Sequence record: LR756508.1
Length of the DNA: 64,000 nt
Strand: one strand, 5' to 3'
The translations under genes and the position numbers were made by a program. How positions within the stretch are numbered: position 1 is the stretch's first letter; each line of letters opens with the position of its first letter. The notes under the pieces were generated by a model. The model saw only the letters and a program-made list of their open reading frames with translations, made no database searches and was not told the DNA's origin. Shown piece after piece: positions 38,509 through 49,143 of this stretch.

Positions 38509-40407
38509 ATGAAGCCTACCACTAAAAAATCCCAAAACTACTCCGATTGGTGGCTCGATGACATTACCAAGCGGAGCGTCAGAAAAGCCAGAAATGGCAA
38601 GAGTCAGTCGGAAAAAGACCTTGCCGCGCTTGCTTCCGTCAAGAGGTCCATAGCACAGTTTGTCCACATTCTTACGGGAAAGAGGCTGCGCGTGAAGTTC
38701 AAGGAAGAAGGCAAGGAGTCTTTCACCGACGGCGAGACCGTGGTTGTTTCTTCGGACATCGGTCCAGAGACTTACGATCAAACTGTCGGAATTGCCCTCC
38801 ACGAGGGCTCTCACATTGTGAAAACGGACTTCTACATCTTCAAAAACATTGAAGATTATATTCCAAGTCACATCGAAGACTTGGCTGACAAGAAGTTCGG
38901 AGAAACTGAGTTTTTGGAGCAAGTTCTCCATAAAATTCTAAATTACGTAGAAGACAGGCGGATCGATAATTGGGTGTTTTCTACCTCGCCTGGATACAAA
39001 GGCTACTACCATTCGATGTATGAAGCTCATTGGCACAACGAGAAGATTACCGAGCGCCTCAAGTCCGACGACTTTCGCGATGAGACGATGCAGTCCTATA
39101 TGTTTCGCCTCATTAACCTCACGAACGATGCAGGCGATCTGGATGCGTTGAACGGGCTCCGCGAGATCCATGATAGAATTGATCTCGATAACATCGCTCG
39201 TCTCCAAAGCACCGAAGATGTGTTGGAAGTCTCTCAAGACATCTTGGAGATTATTATCGAGAACGTCAATGACATTGAGTTCGAGGAAGGGGGCGACGTG
39301 AAGTTTGTTCCTGGCGAAGGCGATGGAGATGGCGATCCCATCGATTGGGACGAGCTTTCTGAAGAAGAAAAAGAAGCTCTTAAAGATGCCATTGAAGACC
39401 AGATGGACTTTTTGGATGGTAACATTGATAAAGAGCCAATTGATCCTGAAGACGCTGAAGAGCTTGAAGCTTTGGAAGACGCTGGCGTCTCTACGCACGA
39501 GGTGGGTGAGGGAACCGGCAATCCTCATGGCATTGATTGTGTAGTTATCGATAAGCTTACCGAGAGGCTTGTTAACAAGAGCAAGTTCCCGATCCTAAAA
39601 ACCTATGAGGTCGATAGGTCCAAAGAAGCCGTAAATCAAGGCGTTGTTCTTGGAAGGAAGCTCGGCAAAAAGCTCAAAGTTCGAGACACAAAACGAAATA
39701 CGAAATTTTCCCGCAGAAAAAGTGGACGATTGGATCAAGCTCTTCTCTCGGAGGTAGGCCACACCGAGCGCCTTTTCTATGAGGAAATTATTGATGAGTA
39801 CGATGACGCATTCGTTCATATAAGCGTGGACGCAAGTGGCTCGATGTCAAATGACAAGTGGAGCGAAGCCATGAAAACGTGCGTGGCCGTAGCTAAGGCT
39901 TGCTCTATGATTGGAAACGTTCGGGTCCAGATTTCTTTTCGGTCAACAACGAGCGCTGGATTTTCTTCGGGGGAAACCAAGCCTCTTATTTTGATGGCTT
40001 ACGATTCCGATGAAAGTTCGTTTAATCACGTCAAGAAGTACTTTCCGAACATTAATTCTGGAGGCACGACTCCTGCTGGCCTTACATTTGAGGCCATTCA
40101 AGAGAAAATTCTTCTTGTGAAAGACGACGAAGATGGGTATTTCGTAAACCTGTCTGATGGTAGGCCAAACTTTAGCGCAGATGATTTCCAATACGGATCT
40201 GAAAACGGGGCTGCTCACACTAGAAAACAGGTCCGGAAAATCAAAAAGAAAGGAATTGAAGTCGTCGCTTACTTCATTTCGTCAGGAAGTAGCAGCGTTG
40301 ACTCCGCATTTAGCAGGATGTATGGCCCTGACGACTACTACATCGATCCATCAAATATCACCCAAGTCTCGAAAACTCTAAACAAAAAGTTCCTTAAAGA
40401 AAAGTGA
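38509..40407 (+). CDS. VWA-domain protein with N-terminal HExxH domain (MoxR partner)
   Basis: ALHEGSH, NYVEDRRI, VDASGSM MIDAS, GGTTP, LSDG. Confidence 0.85.
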   Translation: MKPTTKKSQNYSDWWLDDITKRSVRKARNGKSQSEKDLAALASVKRSIAQFVHILTGKRLRVKFKEEGKESFTDGETVVVSSDIGPETYDQTVGIALHEGSHIVKTDFYIFKNIEDYIPSHIEDLADKKFGETEFLEQVLHKILNYVEDRRIDNWVFSTSPGYKGYYHSMYEAHWHNEKITERLKSDDFRDETMQSYMFRLINLTNDAGDLDALNGLREIHDRIDLDNIARLQSTEDVLEVSQDILEIIIENVNDIEFEEGGDVKFVPGEGDGDGDPIDWDELSEEEKEALKDAIEDQMDFLDGNIDKEPIDPEDAEELEALEDAGVSTHEVGEGTGNPHGIDCVVIDKLTERLVNKSKFPILKTYEVDRSKEAVNQGVVLGRKLGKKLKVRDTKRNTKFSRRKSGRLDQALLSEVGHTERLFYEEIIDEYDDAFVHISVDASGSMSNDKWSEAMKTCVAVAKACSMIGNVRVQISFRSTTSAGFSSGETKPLILMAYDSDESSFNHVKKYFPNINSGGTTPAGLTFEAIQEKILLVKDDEDGYFVNLSDGRPNFSADDFQYGSENGAAHTRKQVRKIKKKGIEVVAYFISSGSSSVDSAFSRMYGPDDYYIDPSNITQVSKTLNKKFLKEK

Positions 40408-40805
40408 TGTCTGAACAGAGAGAAAAAGCTCTCGAACTTGGAAGGGTAAAGGCTGTCCGTGAGCAAACGAAAATCCAAGTTTACAAAGATAAAAGCACGG
40501 AAAACGAAGATTATCTTGTTTCCCCAAAAGACTTAAGCGAAAAGACTGATTTAAGACTTGTGGACACCTTCGATTCGAGCCTGGAGTCTAAGGAAGATGA
40601 CGACGAGATCGTTTCCATTGAGAATTATTCAAACCTCAAAGAAGGCGATCAAGTATTGATAAATGAAGAGGAAAGTGATCAAGTTATTCGAGTTACTCAA
40701 AGGCAGCTTGTAACGCTTTCTGGCGATAAGTTTCGTAGGTCGGACGGGAAGCTATGGGGAAACAACAATAACGAACGTCAGATCACTCATAAGGTTTTGG
40801 TATAA
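40404..40805 (+). CDS. hypothetical protein
   Basis: 133-aa ORF. Confidence 0.6.
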   Translation: MMSEQREKALELGRVKAVREQTKIQVYKDKSTENEDYLVSPKDLSEKTDLRLVDTFDSSLESKEDDDEIVSIENYSNLKEGDQVLINEEESDQVIRVTQRQLVTLSGDKFRRSDGKLWGNNNNERQITHKVLV

Positions 40806-40806
40806 C

Positions 40807-41037
40807 ATGAACGGAGTGATAAGCGGCACTTGCGATTATGGCTGCGGGCAAAGTGCCTCTCACATATTCAAAAATGGGACAAAGTGCTGCTCGAAATATC
40901 CGGTCAAATGCCCGATGATTCGAGAGCGAATTTCCAGAAGCGTAAGTGAATACTATGATAAGACAAATGGAGGGATAAAGAAAACGAAAACAGTCACGTG
41001 CCAAGAAACTGACTTTTTCAAGAAACTGAAACAGTAA
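40807..41037 (+). CDS. small Cys-rich protein
   Basis: CDYGCG..CCSKYPVKCP. Confidence 0.55.
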   Translation: MNGVISGTCDYGCGQSASHIFKNGTKCCSKYPVKCPMIRERISRSVSEYYDKTNGGIKKTKTVTCQETDFFKKLKQ

Positions 41038-41318
41038 TGTCTGAATCCGAAGAGCAGAGTCAAAATGAAATAGCACAAAGTTTTCTTGAGGGACTTCCAC
41101 AGGAAAATCTTGATGTTCCCAAACTTAATGAACCCCAATTTCTTTTTGCTAATCTCTTGTACAAAACTGATTTCTCCGAGTCGGAGATTTCTGATATCTT
41201 GGAGTGGACTCCTACTGAAGATGACCTCGACCAGATATATGAAGTAATCGATTACTGGATTGAATCTGAAATTTCCTCGCGCCGTAATAATCAAATTCAA
41301 TCAACAATTATTCTTTAG
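41037..41318 (+). CDS. hypothetical acidic protein
   Basis: 93-aa ORF. Confidence 0.6.
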   Translation: MSESEEQSQNEIAQSFLEGLPQENLDVPKLNEPQFLFANLLYKTDFSESEISDILEWTPTEDDLDQIYEVIDYWIESEISSRRNNQIQSTIIL

Positions 41319-41322
41319 AATC

Positions 41323-41640
41323 ATGAATAGCGACGTTCTTGAAACTGATGAGTTTTATAAACTCGTAGTTCGGAATAACGATAAAACCATCGTCTTGGAT
41401 CTTCCAAACAAGTGGGTCCGAATTCGAGTAACGGATCAAAATTATATTGATCCGCAGGTTGCACCTACTTTTCAAGACCTTGATATTCCTCAAAAGGCGT
41501 TTGACGAGGCGAAAAAATCAGACAACCTGAAATCAGCAGTGAGGCAGGTATTTGGGAACTACCAGATCAAGAGGGCTTACGTGGTAGAAAACGAAACCAT
41601 CGAAAGAAAACGGCAAACCGAAAGTAAAAGAGTGACGTAA
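41323..41640 (+). CDS. hypothetical protein
   Basis: ATG 41323; ORF track starts at 41260. Confidence 0.6.
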   Translation: MNSDVLETDEFYKLVVRNNDKTIVLDLPNKWVRIRVTDQNYIDPQVAPTFQDLDIPQKAFDEAKKSDNLKSAVRQVFGNYQIKRAYVVENETIERKRQTESKRVT

Positions 41641-42086
41641 TGGAAGATCAGACGTTTCTTAGGTGCGCAAATGTAATCTCAAAAGAATCCTATTGCGTTT
41701 CCGAAAAAGTAGGTTGCCTTATCGTTTTAGACGACAGAATTGTTTCTGTCGGTTATAACGGCACTCCATCGGGGTATACAAACTGCAATGAAAAGTTTGA
41801 GGGGACAAGTAAGGCCCATACCGAGTGGTCTCAAAAATACGAAATACACGCCGAAATGAACGCTCTCTTGTATGCTGCCAAGAATGGAATTTCAGTCAAT
41901 GGTGCTACCTTGTACTCGACGCTACGACCTTGTTGGCAGTGCTCGAAAAATGTGATACAAGCTGGCGTCGAAGAAGTGGTTTATGCCAAAGAGTATGATC
42001 GATTAGAGTCAAAAGAAGAAAAGTTAAGAAAATTTTTGGAAGAAAATGGAGTTTCTATCAATCACGTTCCAATGGATTTCTCTTGA
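41640..42086 (+). CDS. dCMP deaminase
   Basis: VGCLIV..GYNGTP, HAEMNA, PCWQC. Confidence 0.92.
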   Translation: MEDQTFLRCANVISKESYCVSEKVGCLIVLDDRIVSVGYNGTPSGYTNCNEKFEGTSKAHTEWSQKYEIHAEMNALLYAAKNGISVNGATLYSTLRPCWQCSKNVIQAGVEEVVYAKEYDRLESKEEKLRKFLEENGVSINHVPMDFS

Positions 42087-42161
42087 GGAACAATAGTCAG
42101 TTTTAACCTTTTAACCGAGTAGTATCAATAATCATAACCCAATCAATCACAAAGCAGAGTT

Positions 42162-42416
42162 ATGAACTCTAACAGCCAAGCAGAAGAGCAGGAAGAGAAG
42201 ATTCACACTCTCGCCGAACTCGTAATCGACAACGACGAGGAAGGTCGCGATGAAGTGGAAGAGCTTATCCATCCCGACTTTATTTCGGCAATGGAAGCCC
42301 TGGCTGAACTTCAAAAGCAAGGCGACCTCTCAAAGAAGACGATGAAGGAGGTAAACGATCTTTACCGTAAGCACAAGAGCATCATGGAAGAGAGCGAGGT
42401 AACAAGCGATGCCTAA
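42162..42416 (+). CDS. hypothetical acidic protein
   Basis: 84-aa ORF. Confidence 0.6.
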   Translation: MNSNSQAEEQEEKIHTLAELVIDNDEEGRDEVEELIHPDFISAMEALAELQKQGDLSKKTMKEVNDLYRKHKSIMEESEVTSDA

Positions 42417-42942
42417 GATGAAAGATCATTACGTCGAATTCGAGGAGGAGAAATCCTATCTGGAGAATAAGGTAGATCCAATCAAGAAAGAAATTGATGA
42501 TACTCTCTCCTTGAAAAAGACGAAGACGGATTATGCCAGAGTCGTCGTGAATGCCATAAAACTTCAGGAGAGGTGGATCGATAAGTGCCTCCTGGATACG
42601 CCTCACGAAGCTGTGATGAACTTTCGCAAGAAAGTTGACCAGCTCGAAGAAGTTAAATCCCTCCACGGTGAAAATAAAATCAAGGATATTGATAAATTTA
42701 TTGAGTCATTTCGGAGAGTGGTTAGGCGAAACTTGTCGAGCAAAAAACTCGATGCTACTCCTGAGCAGCGCGTCGAAAATGTAAAAACTTTTCTGCTTAA
42801 AAACCTCGGTTTAGAAGAAGAGGAAGGTTTTATTTCCAAGAAGATCGATAAACTCGTCAAGCAGACGCTCGTACAGGAAACCTTTAAAGAAATCTACGAC
42901 GACTCTGAGATTCCTAGACACGTATACGAATATCTAAGCTAA
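42409..42942 (+). CDS. hypothetical protein
   Basis: 177-aa ORF. Confidence 0.65.
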   Translation: MPKMKDHYVEFEEEKSYLENKVDPIKKEIDDTLSLKKTKTDYARVVVNAIKLQERWIDKCLLDTPHEAVMNFRKKVDQLEEVKSLHGENKIKDIDKFIESFRRVVRRNLSSKKLDATPEQRVENVKTFLLKNLGLEEEEGFISKKIDKLVKQTLVQETFKEIYDDSEIPRHVYEYLS

Positions 42943-42946
42943 ATGA

Positions 42947-43555
42947 ATGGATACAAAATTTCACGTAGGCGTTGATTGTGATGGGATTCTTCGAAACTTC
43001 CACGAGTCGGCATTTAGATTTTTCTTTCAAGAGTATCCTCATCTTAAAGAATATTTTAAAAGTCCTCCCGTCCCCACCGCCTGGGGACTCAAAAGCGCAA
43101 TGAAAACTTTCGATGAGGAGGTATACAGCCAATTTAGAGAATTTGCATTTGAAAACGTAGAGTCCAGCTACAAAGTCTTCCGCCGAGCAGAGCCTTTTGA
43201 CGAAGTCTCGGAGTTTTCGAGATATTATAATATGCTTAAAAAGGCAGGTGGGCGAGTTTCTATCTGCACTACACAGAAAGAAGCCTGGCACCGGGTAGCT
43301 ACAGTTCAGTGGCTTGAAAACTCCGCCGTCAACTTTGATGAAATAATTCTTTCTGGCGGTGAAAAAGGACACTTCGGTTTAGATTATCACATCGATGACA
43401 AGTGGCAGAATATAGCCGCCGTGGAATCTTCTGGTGGTGAGGGTTATATGCTCCTTCGGAAATGGAATAAAGACTCAACAAACCGAGTTGATAACACGGT
43501 CTCTGATATCAAAGAATTCGTTGATAGAATTCTTAACGAAGAAGTCAAAAGTTGA
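42947..43555 (+). CDS. HAD-family 5'(3')-deoxyribonucleotidase-like
   Basis: VDCDGIL, ICT, HIDDK, WN. Confidence 0.8.
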   Translation: MDTKFHVGVDCDGILRNFHESAFRFFFQEYPHLKEYFKSPPVPTAWGLKSAMKTFDEEVYSQFREFAFENVESSYKVFRRAEPFDEVSEFSRYYNMLKKAGGRVSICTTQKEAWHRVATVQWLENSAVNFDEIILSGGEKGHFGLDYHIDDKWQNIAAVESSGGEGYMLLRKWNKDSTNRVDNTVSDIKEFVDRILNEEVKS

Positions 43556-43770
43556 AGCTTATCTTTTTTCTCTCTATTTGTGAGGTAGACTGATAGAAAT
43601 TCATAATTAGAATTATATTTAACTCGTCTCATGCTGTCTGCCTCTCAAACACCTCTAATATTTAGTCTAAAAAGTTCTAATTCAAGATAGGGGTAGCTAC
43701 TTTTTCTTTTCTCAGTCTTAGAGATGTCCCTATCATCACTAACACACAAACTTAAAACTAAGGTCTTAGC

Positions 43771-44229
43771 ATGTACCGCAGCACAAAAGATATTGAAGAT
43801 GCTCCCGACGTCGAGAAAGTTGCAGAGGAAGTTATATCTGATAAGAACATTGACTTATCAATGTGTGAAGTGAGCTATATTAAAGTATATCCAAACATCT
43901 CTAAGACTACAGTCGGAAAGTGTAGAGTTGCAGGTCGGCGAGAACATTTCTTCTCTGGCGCAGACTATATCATCTCAATGAGTGGTGATATCTGGGATGA
44001 GCTTGGAGATGAACGTAAGTATATTCTTACCTGGCATGAGCTTGAACACATTGCTCCAGAATACTCTGAATCTAGAGGAGAATGGAATTATAAAGTTAAA
44101 GGGCACGACGTCGAGGACTTCATTGATATTATTGAAGAGCATGGAGTTGACTGGTTCAATGATATGAAGGATATCGTTATGTCTTTTCACGATCTGAATC
44201 CGAAGAAAAAGAAAAACATTTCCGCATGA
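43771..44229 (+). CDS. putative phage metallopeptidase
   Basis: GKC, HELEHI, HDVEDF. Confidence 0.75.
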   Translation: MYRSTKDIEDAPDVEKVAEEVISDKNIDLSMCEVSYIKVYPNISKTTVGKCRVAGRREHFFSGADYIISMSGDIWDELGDERKYILTWHELEHIAPEYSESRGEWNYKVKGHDVEDFIDIIEEHGVDWFNDMKDIVMSFHDLNPKKKKNISA

Positions 44230-44230
44230 T

Positions 44231-44578
44231 ATGGATGAAACGACTGAATTTTTGAATAACTTAGAATTTGACGAAGCTCAAAATTCCAAAGATGCTGCCC
44301 TATCTTTTTGGAAAGCTTTAGAAGAGGGGGATAGCTTTCGTAAACCAACTATTGGGGTTGGTGTCGAGGGAAATATCCATTTTAGCTGGAGAGAGGATCA
44401 AAACTACCTGGAGTGCGAATTCTTTGATTCAGACTATATTGAAGCTTTTCACGAGAAAAACCTAGGTAAAGAAAAGGCAGATTTTGTGAAAGAGGTAGAA
44501 AACAAGAAATTCCGGAGCCCTAAAAGCGCCGCCAATTGGATAAAACATAAAACAGAAAATGAGCAACCAAGAATTTAA
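44231..44578 (+). CDS. hypothetical protein
   Basis: 115-aa ORF. Confidence 0.6.
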   Translation: MDETTEFLNNLEFDEAQNSKDAALSFWKALEEGDSFRKPTIGVGVEGNIHFSWREDQNYLECEFFDSDYIEAFHEKNLGKEKADFVKEVENKKFRSPKSAANWIKHKTENEQPRI

Positions 44579-44777
44579 AACAAATAAACAAACGGTTGAA
44601 AATCCAGACACATTTTCTGTCGTGTTTCACAATCACGAAGGAGATGAGGCTGGAAAACTTATTATAAGACCGAATAAACCTACTAAGTTTGAGGGGGACG
44701 TTGAAGAAAGTGCTGAGATGTTTTTTGATCACCTAAAAGAAAAAATTGATCATTATATTCTTGACAATAAGATTTGA
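44559..44777 (+). CDS. hypothetical protein
   Basis: 72-aa ORF. Confidence 0.55.
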   Translation: MSNQEFKTNKQTVENPDTFSVVFHNHEGDEAGKLIIRPNKPTKFEGDVEESAEMFFDHLKEKIDHYILDNKI

Positions 44778-45508
44778 AAAGCTTTTTGGACTATCATCTC
44801 ATATTCTCCAATCCAAGATCGGGATCAACCACACTCGCTCACTTCTTGGATGAAGCAATAAATGGACGGTTTGTTGATGAACCGTTTCATCCTGAAAAGC
44901 AAGATGACCTTTTTAGTTTCAATTCAAGAAAAAGACTAAAATCTGGAGAGTCGATAGAATCTGTTTTGACCGATGTTCAAAAAGAGTTTGATGGTTTCAA
45001 ATATTTATATGGAGTCTCAGATCCTTTGATGATTCAATATGATGAAGACGTAGTAAGAAATGCAAACAAGATTGTTTTTCTTTATCGTAGAAACGTGTTT
45101 AAGGCAACACTTTCTTTAAAAGTAGCTTTTTTTACTGACAAGTTCCAAGTTTATGACGATAAAGAAATCGGCTCATCTTCGCTCCACATCAAACCAGCAA
45201 ATTTTGAAAAAAGATTTGAGAAATTTAAAAATTTTTATCCATTCGTAAGATCTCTAAGGAGTGATGTAGAATCTATTACTTTAACATACAAAAATCTTTA
45301 CTTTAATAAAACAGAGGAAAAGGTTAACGAGATCTTAAACTTTTTTGATTTAGATTATAAGGCCAAAGATAAAATTAAAAGCTTAAAAGAAAAGTGGTTT
45401 TCTAAGACTAACAAGTTAAACTCGGAATCTTCTTACTGTAATATCGTTGAAAATTTAGAGGAGATAAAGAATAAATTTGGATCAAAAAAGTGGGGAACAC
45501 TTGGATGA
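44774..45508 (+). CDS. Stf0-like sulfotransferase, copy 1
   Basis: PRSGST PAPS-binding loop, EPFH, LYRRN..S. Confidence 0.72.
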   Translation: MKSFLDYHLIFSNPRSGSTTLAHFLDEAINGRFVDEPFHPEKQDDLFSFNSRKRLKSGESIESVLTDVQKEFDGFKYLYGVSDPLMIQYDEDVVRNANKIVFLYRRNVFKATLSLKVAFFTDKFQVYDDKEIGSSSLHIKPANFEKRFEKFKNFYPFVRSLRSDVESITLTYKNLYFNKTEEKVNEILNFFDLDYKAKDKIKSLKEKWFSKTNKLNSESSYCNIVENLEEIKNKFGSKKWGTLG

Positions 45509-46548
45509 ACATAGCTTTTCTCGTTAGAGATCATCCGTTTGAGTGGGATGAAGGTTCTTTAGAGAATGGAATGCTCGGAGGAACTGAGGAATGTGTAGTA
45601 AGAGTTTCTTCTTTTTTAGCTAAAGAGTTAGAAGCAGAAGTTTTCGTTTTTAACCAGCCTCCAGAAAACAAAGATTTCAACCATGGAGATGGTACAGTCA
45701 AGTATAGAAACTACAAAGAGTTTAACTGCTTTTCTGGCTGGGACGATTTATATTTTTTGGACTTTAATTATCTTCATGATGAAGACCTGATAGATTTAGA
45801 CGGACCCAGAAAGTTTTTCTGGGTTCATAACAATGTGAAAGATCAATTTTATCTAAATCAAAAAGATAATTTTGACAAGTTCCTTTTTGTAAGCGAATGG
45901 CAGAAGAATTCTGTTCCAGATATTCCAAATAAACTAGTTGTAGGAAATGGCGTGAACGTAAAAAATTTCAACGAAAAAAGAAAAAAGAATCCCAGTTATT
46001 GTATTAACACTTCATCTCCAAGAAGAGGACTGCTTACATTAGTAAGGGGCATATGGCCACGAATTAAAAATAAGGTCGATGCTGAACTGCACTGGTTCTA
46101 CGGGTGGGAAATTTTCGACTGGACTGGTGGCGATCAAGACTATAAAAATAAAGTAAAAAAAGAAATTGAAAGAACGGATGGGTTCTACTCACATGGAAGG
46201 ATCTCAACAACCGAACTAAAAGAGAAGTTTGAAAAAGCGAATATCTGGCTTTATCCAACTGAGTTTAAAGAGACATGCTGTATTTCAGCCCTGGAAGCTC
46301 AAGCTGCAAAAGCTCTGCCTATTACTACCGGTATAGCGGCCCTAAATCAAAACGTTCAATTTGGATACAAGTCGTCTTGTCCAGATATATACTCCAACTC
46401 TAACTGCCAAAAAGAAATAGCTAGTAAAGCTGTATATTATATTGAGAATTTTGACGAAGCTCGAAAAGAGATGGAAGGTAGTAGAGAGTGGGTAAAAGAG
46501 AATAGGAGCTGGCGGAGAGTATACAATAATTTTTTGACTTTGTATTAA
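45505..46548 (+). CDS. GT-B (family 4-like) glycosyltransferase
   Basis: GGTE, NGV, SSPRRGL, YPTEFKETCCISALEAQA. Confidence 0.85.
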   Translation: MNIAFLVRDHPFEWDEGSLENGMLGGTEECVVRVSSFLAKELEAEVFVFNQPPENKDFNHGDGTVKYRNYKEFNCFSGWDDLYFLDFNYLHDEDLIDLDGPRKFFWVHNNVKDQFYLNQKDNFDKFLFVSEWQKNSVPDIPNKLVVGNGVNVKNFNEKRKKNPSYCINTSSPRRGLLTLVRGIWPRIKNKVDAELHWFYGWEIFDWTGGDQDYKNKVKKEIERTDGFYSHGRISTTELKEKFEKANIWLYPTEFKETCCISALEAQAAKALPITTGIAALNQNVQFGYKSSCPDIYSNSNCQKEIASKAVYYIENFDEARKEMEGSREWVKENRSWRRVYNNFLTLY

Positions 46549-46554
46549 GCTCAG

Positions 46555-47472
46555 TTGCATATGAAAGAAAGAGGGATTGTTTTTCTTGCAGTAGATAATG
46601 CCATTTTCCTTTATCTTGCTTATAATGCAGCCGCCTCTATTAGAGTTAATAATAAAAACATTCCAATCACACTTTTTTATGATCCCAATTCAAATATACC
46701 AAAACACATACGAGAGACTGATCACGTCTCTTTGATGTTCGATGAGCTCGTTGAAATCCCAACCGAGGAGTATGTATTTGATGGAAAAAAAGAGATTGGC
46801 GTTATAAAAAGTGATCTATACTCTTCTACCCGATATGAAAAAACTATTTTTATTGATGCCGATTCTCAAATAACCCAAGGCTTTGACATCTCTGAAGCTT
46901 TTAAGCTGTTTGAAAACTCATCTCTATGGTTTAACGTGGATAAAACTTATAGCAGAAAACAGTTAGAATCTGATAGCGACTCATTTCACAACACCCTAAG
47001 CTGGGTCAATTTTGAGGAAATTAAAAAAAGAGAAACTAGAAAATACCAGAGATATCCCCAACTGGGTAGCTTTTTTCATGGTTTTAAAAAGGGGGGAGAA
47101 TGCGATAATTTTTTTGAAACAGTTGAAAATGTTCAGGTTAAATTTCTAAACAACGATCTCTGGTATAACGACTTCTGGCATGGAATGATTCCCGATGAGG
47201 CCATATTCATAAGCTCACTTGTGAAGCACCCCGAACTCTTTAGAAATAACAACGAGGTGAAACATCATTTCTTCTGCGATCAGATTGGAACTATAGATGA
47301 GTATGGCCTTGATAAAGTCAACGATGAATTCATGGGCATTACTTATTCTGGTGATGAAATGTCTGGTAAAGACATTTTCTATTATGAAAAGATGAACCGA
47401 GAAAACTTTTGTAATCTTGATATCGAATATAATTCTGCCCCCAACTATAAGTTCAGTCTTTTCAGACATTAA
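46555..47472 (+). CDS. GT-A fold glycosyltransferase, paralog of 48262
   Basis: IDAD DxD motif, AASIR, PDEA. Confidence 0.7.
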   Translation: MHMKERGIVFLAVDNAIFLYLAYNAAASIRVNNKNIPITLFYDPNSNIPKHIRETDHVSLMFDELVEIPTEEYVFDGKKEIGVIKSDLYSSTRYEKTIFIDADSQITQGFDISEAFKLFENSSLWFNVDKTYSRKQLESDSDSFHNTLSWVNFEEIKKRETRKYQRYPQLGSFFHGFKKGGECDNFFETVENVQVKFLNNDLWYNDFWHGMIPDEAIFISSLVKHPELFRNNNEVKHHFFCDQIGTIDEYGLDKVNDEFMGITYSGDEMSGKDIFYYEKMNRENFCNLDIEYNSAPNYKFSLFRH

Positions 47473-47474
47473 TA

Positions 47475-48269
47475 ATGGCTACAAGTGATGTTTTATTTTT
47501 GTCAATGGCTTTTGGAGAATCCTACTCTAAAAGTTATAAAAAATATGCACTTCCGACTCAGAAAGAGTATGCTTTAAACAACAACTTTGATTTTGATCTA
47601 ATAACAAAAAGAGAGGATTCGAGAAGACATGTCACCTGGCAGAAGATAGTTGAAATTAAAAAAAGAATTCTGGATTACAACTTTGTAGTCTGGTTAGACT
47701 CAGACGTCATGATAATGAATCAAATGAAAGATATTTTTGATTATTATGATCAGTCGTGTAGATTAACAATATCTGAAGACTTAGACTACAGGAAGATTGA
47801 AAACAATAAAATTCGAGTTAATACTGGCATAATGATTTGGAAGGGGGGGCAGAAGAGTAAGGAGATGTTAGAAAAGATATGGTCTGCTGATAACTGGTAT
47901 GTGAACAATTCAGAAAAACATCCTTACGAACAGGGGTCCTTAATGTGGTGTATGAGAAGCGACAAAAGCTTCTCAAACAATGTAAATGTAGATAACGCTG
48001 GTCAGCTAAGTAACTACTGGTTCCCTGCATCTAATAGCCTAAAAATGGAGGACATTCTTCTAAATAATAGAGATCCGTCTTCTTTAGAAAGAATTTTATA
48101 TGACTTATCCCCGCCCGAAAAAATTAAAACAAGAGCATTTAAAGAAACGTGGAATAGAAATTTACTCTTTGAAAAAAATGATTTTATAGTTCATTTTGCA
48201 GGCATTAGACAGGACGAAAGAAATAAATTGTATAAAAAGTTCTCAAACCATGTAAGATGGCATGAGTGA
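47475..48269 (+). CDS. GT34/GMA12-MNN10-like glycosyltransferase, copy 1
   Basis: TWQKI, WLDSD, NTG, EQG, VHFAG. Confidence 0.78.
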   Translation: MATSDVLFLSMAFGESYSKSYKKYALPTQKEYALNNNFDFDLITKREDSRRHVTWQKIVEIKKRILDYNFVVWLDSDVMIMNQMKDIFDYYDQSCRLTISEDLDYRKIENNKIRVNTGIMIWKGGQKSKEMLEKIWSADNWYVNNSEKHPYEQGSLMWCMRSDKSFSNNVNVDNAGQLSNYWFPASNSLKMEDILLNNRDPSSLERILYDLSPPEKIKTRAFKETWNRNLLFEKNDFIVHFAGIRQDERNKLYKKFSNHVRWHE

Positions 48270-49143
48270 TAAAGGAATTTTACTTATTGCCGCAGATAAT
48301 AAGAAGTATCTGCACATGGCCTGTAACTTATCTGCTTCAATTCGGCAGAGTAATGAAAAAGTACCCATCGCTCTTTATTATGATAAAGAAAGCAATATAG
48401 AAGAGAGGATCGAAGAGCTGAGTTTTGTTGATGGTCTCTTTGATATTATCCATCCAATTAATAACAAACACTTTAAATATGGTGGCCAAAAAGAAGTCGG
48501 ATACCTAAAAAATAATGTCTATAATTTTTCTCCATTTAAGAAAACTCTTTACATTGATGTTGATTCTCTAATTTTTAGAGATAATAACATCTCAGATTTA
48601 TTCAGTCTGGTTAATTCAAGGTCTTTTTGTTTTCCTCACACACTTGTTAAGAGTTATGGTTCACTGAGGAGTGGAGATAACAGTTTGGACTGGTTCGATT
48701 TTAGTGACATCGAACCTTTTTTAAGTCCAAAGTTAAATGCAGTAAATGAATTAAAGTCTTATTTTTTTCTTTTCAAAAAATGCAAAGAAACCTCAACTTT
48801 TTTTGAAAGAGTTAATTATTACTTTAAAAAAATGTATGATGGTAAAATCCAACAAACTTTTGACTGGCATCATTCTGTAAGTGATGAACCAGTTTTTATT
48901 TTGGCTCTACATGATGATAAAGAGTGGAAAGATTTTACGATTAAAAATAACTACATGTTTAATCATTTTAATGGCAACACAACTAAAAATGTAAGAAAAA
49001 AGTATTACGGAGTTACATATTCTGGAGTAAAAATTTCTAGTGAACATATTTTTGAATATGAAAACTGTAATAGAAGAAACTTTGATAATCTCTCCATCCC
49101 ATATGACACTAAGTTAAAATATAATTTTGTAAACTTTGACTGA
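48262..49143 (+). CDS. GT-A fold glycosyltransferase, paralog of 46555
   Basis: IDVD, SASIR, SDEP. Confidence 0.7.
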   Translation: MSDKGILLIAADNKKYLHMACNLSASIRQSNEKVPIALYYDKESNIEERIEELSFVDGLFDIIHPINNKHFKYGGQKEVGYLKNNVYNFSPFKKTLYIDVDSLIFRDNNISDLFSLVNSRSFCFPHTLVKSYGSLRSGDNSLDWFDFSDIEPFLSPKLNAVNELKSYFFLFKKCKETSTFFERVNYYFKKMYDGKIQQTFDWHHSVSDEPVFILALHDDKEWKDFTIKNNYMFNHFNGNTTKNVRKKYYGVTYSGVKISSEHIFEYENCNRRNFDNLSIPYDTKLKYNFVNFD

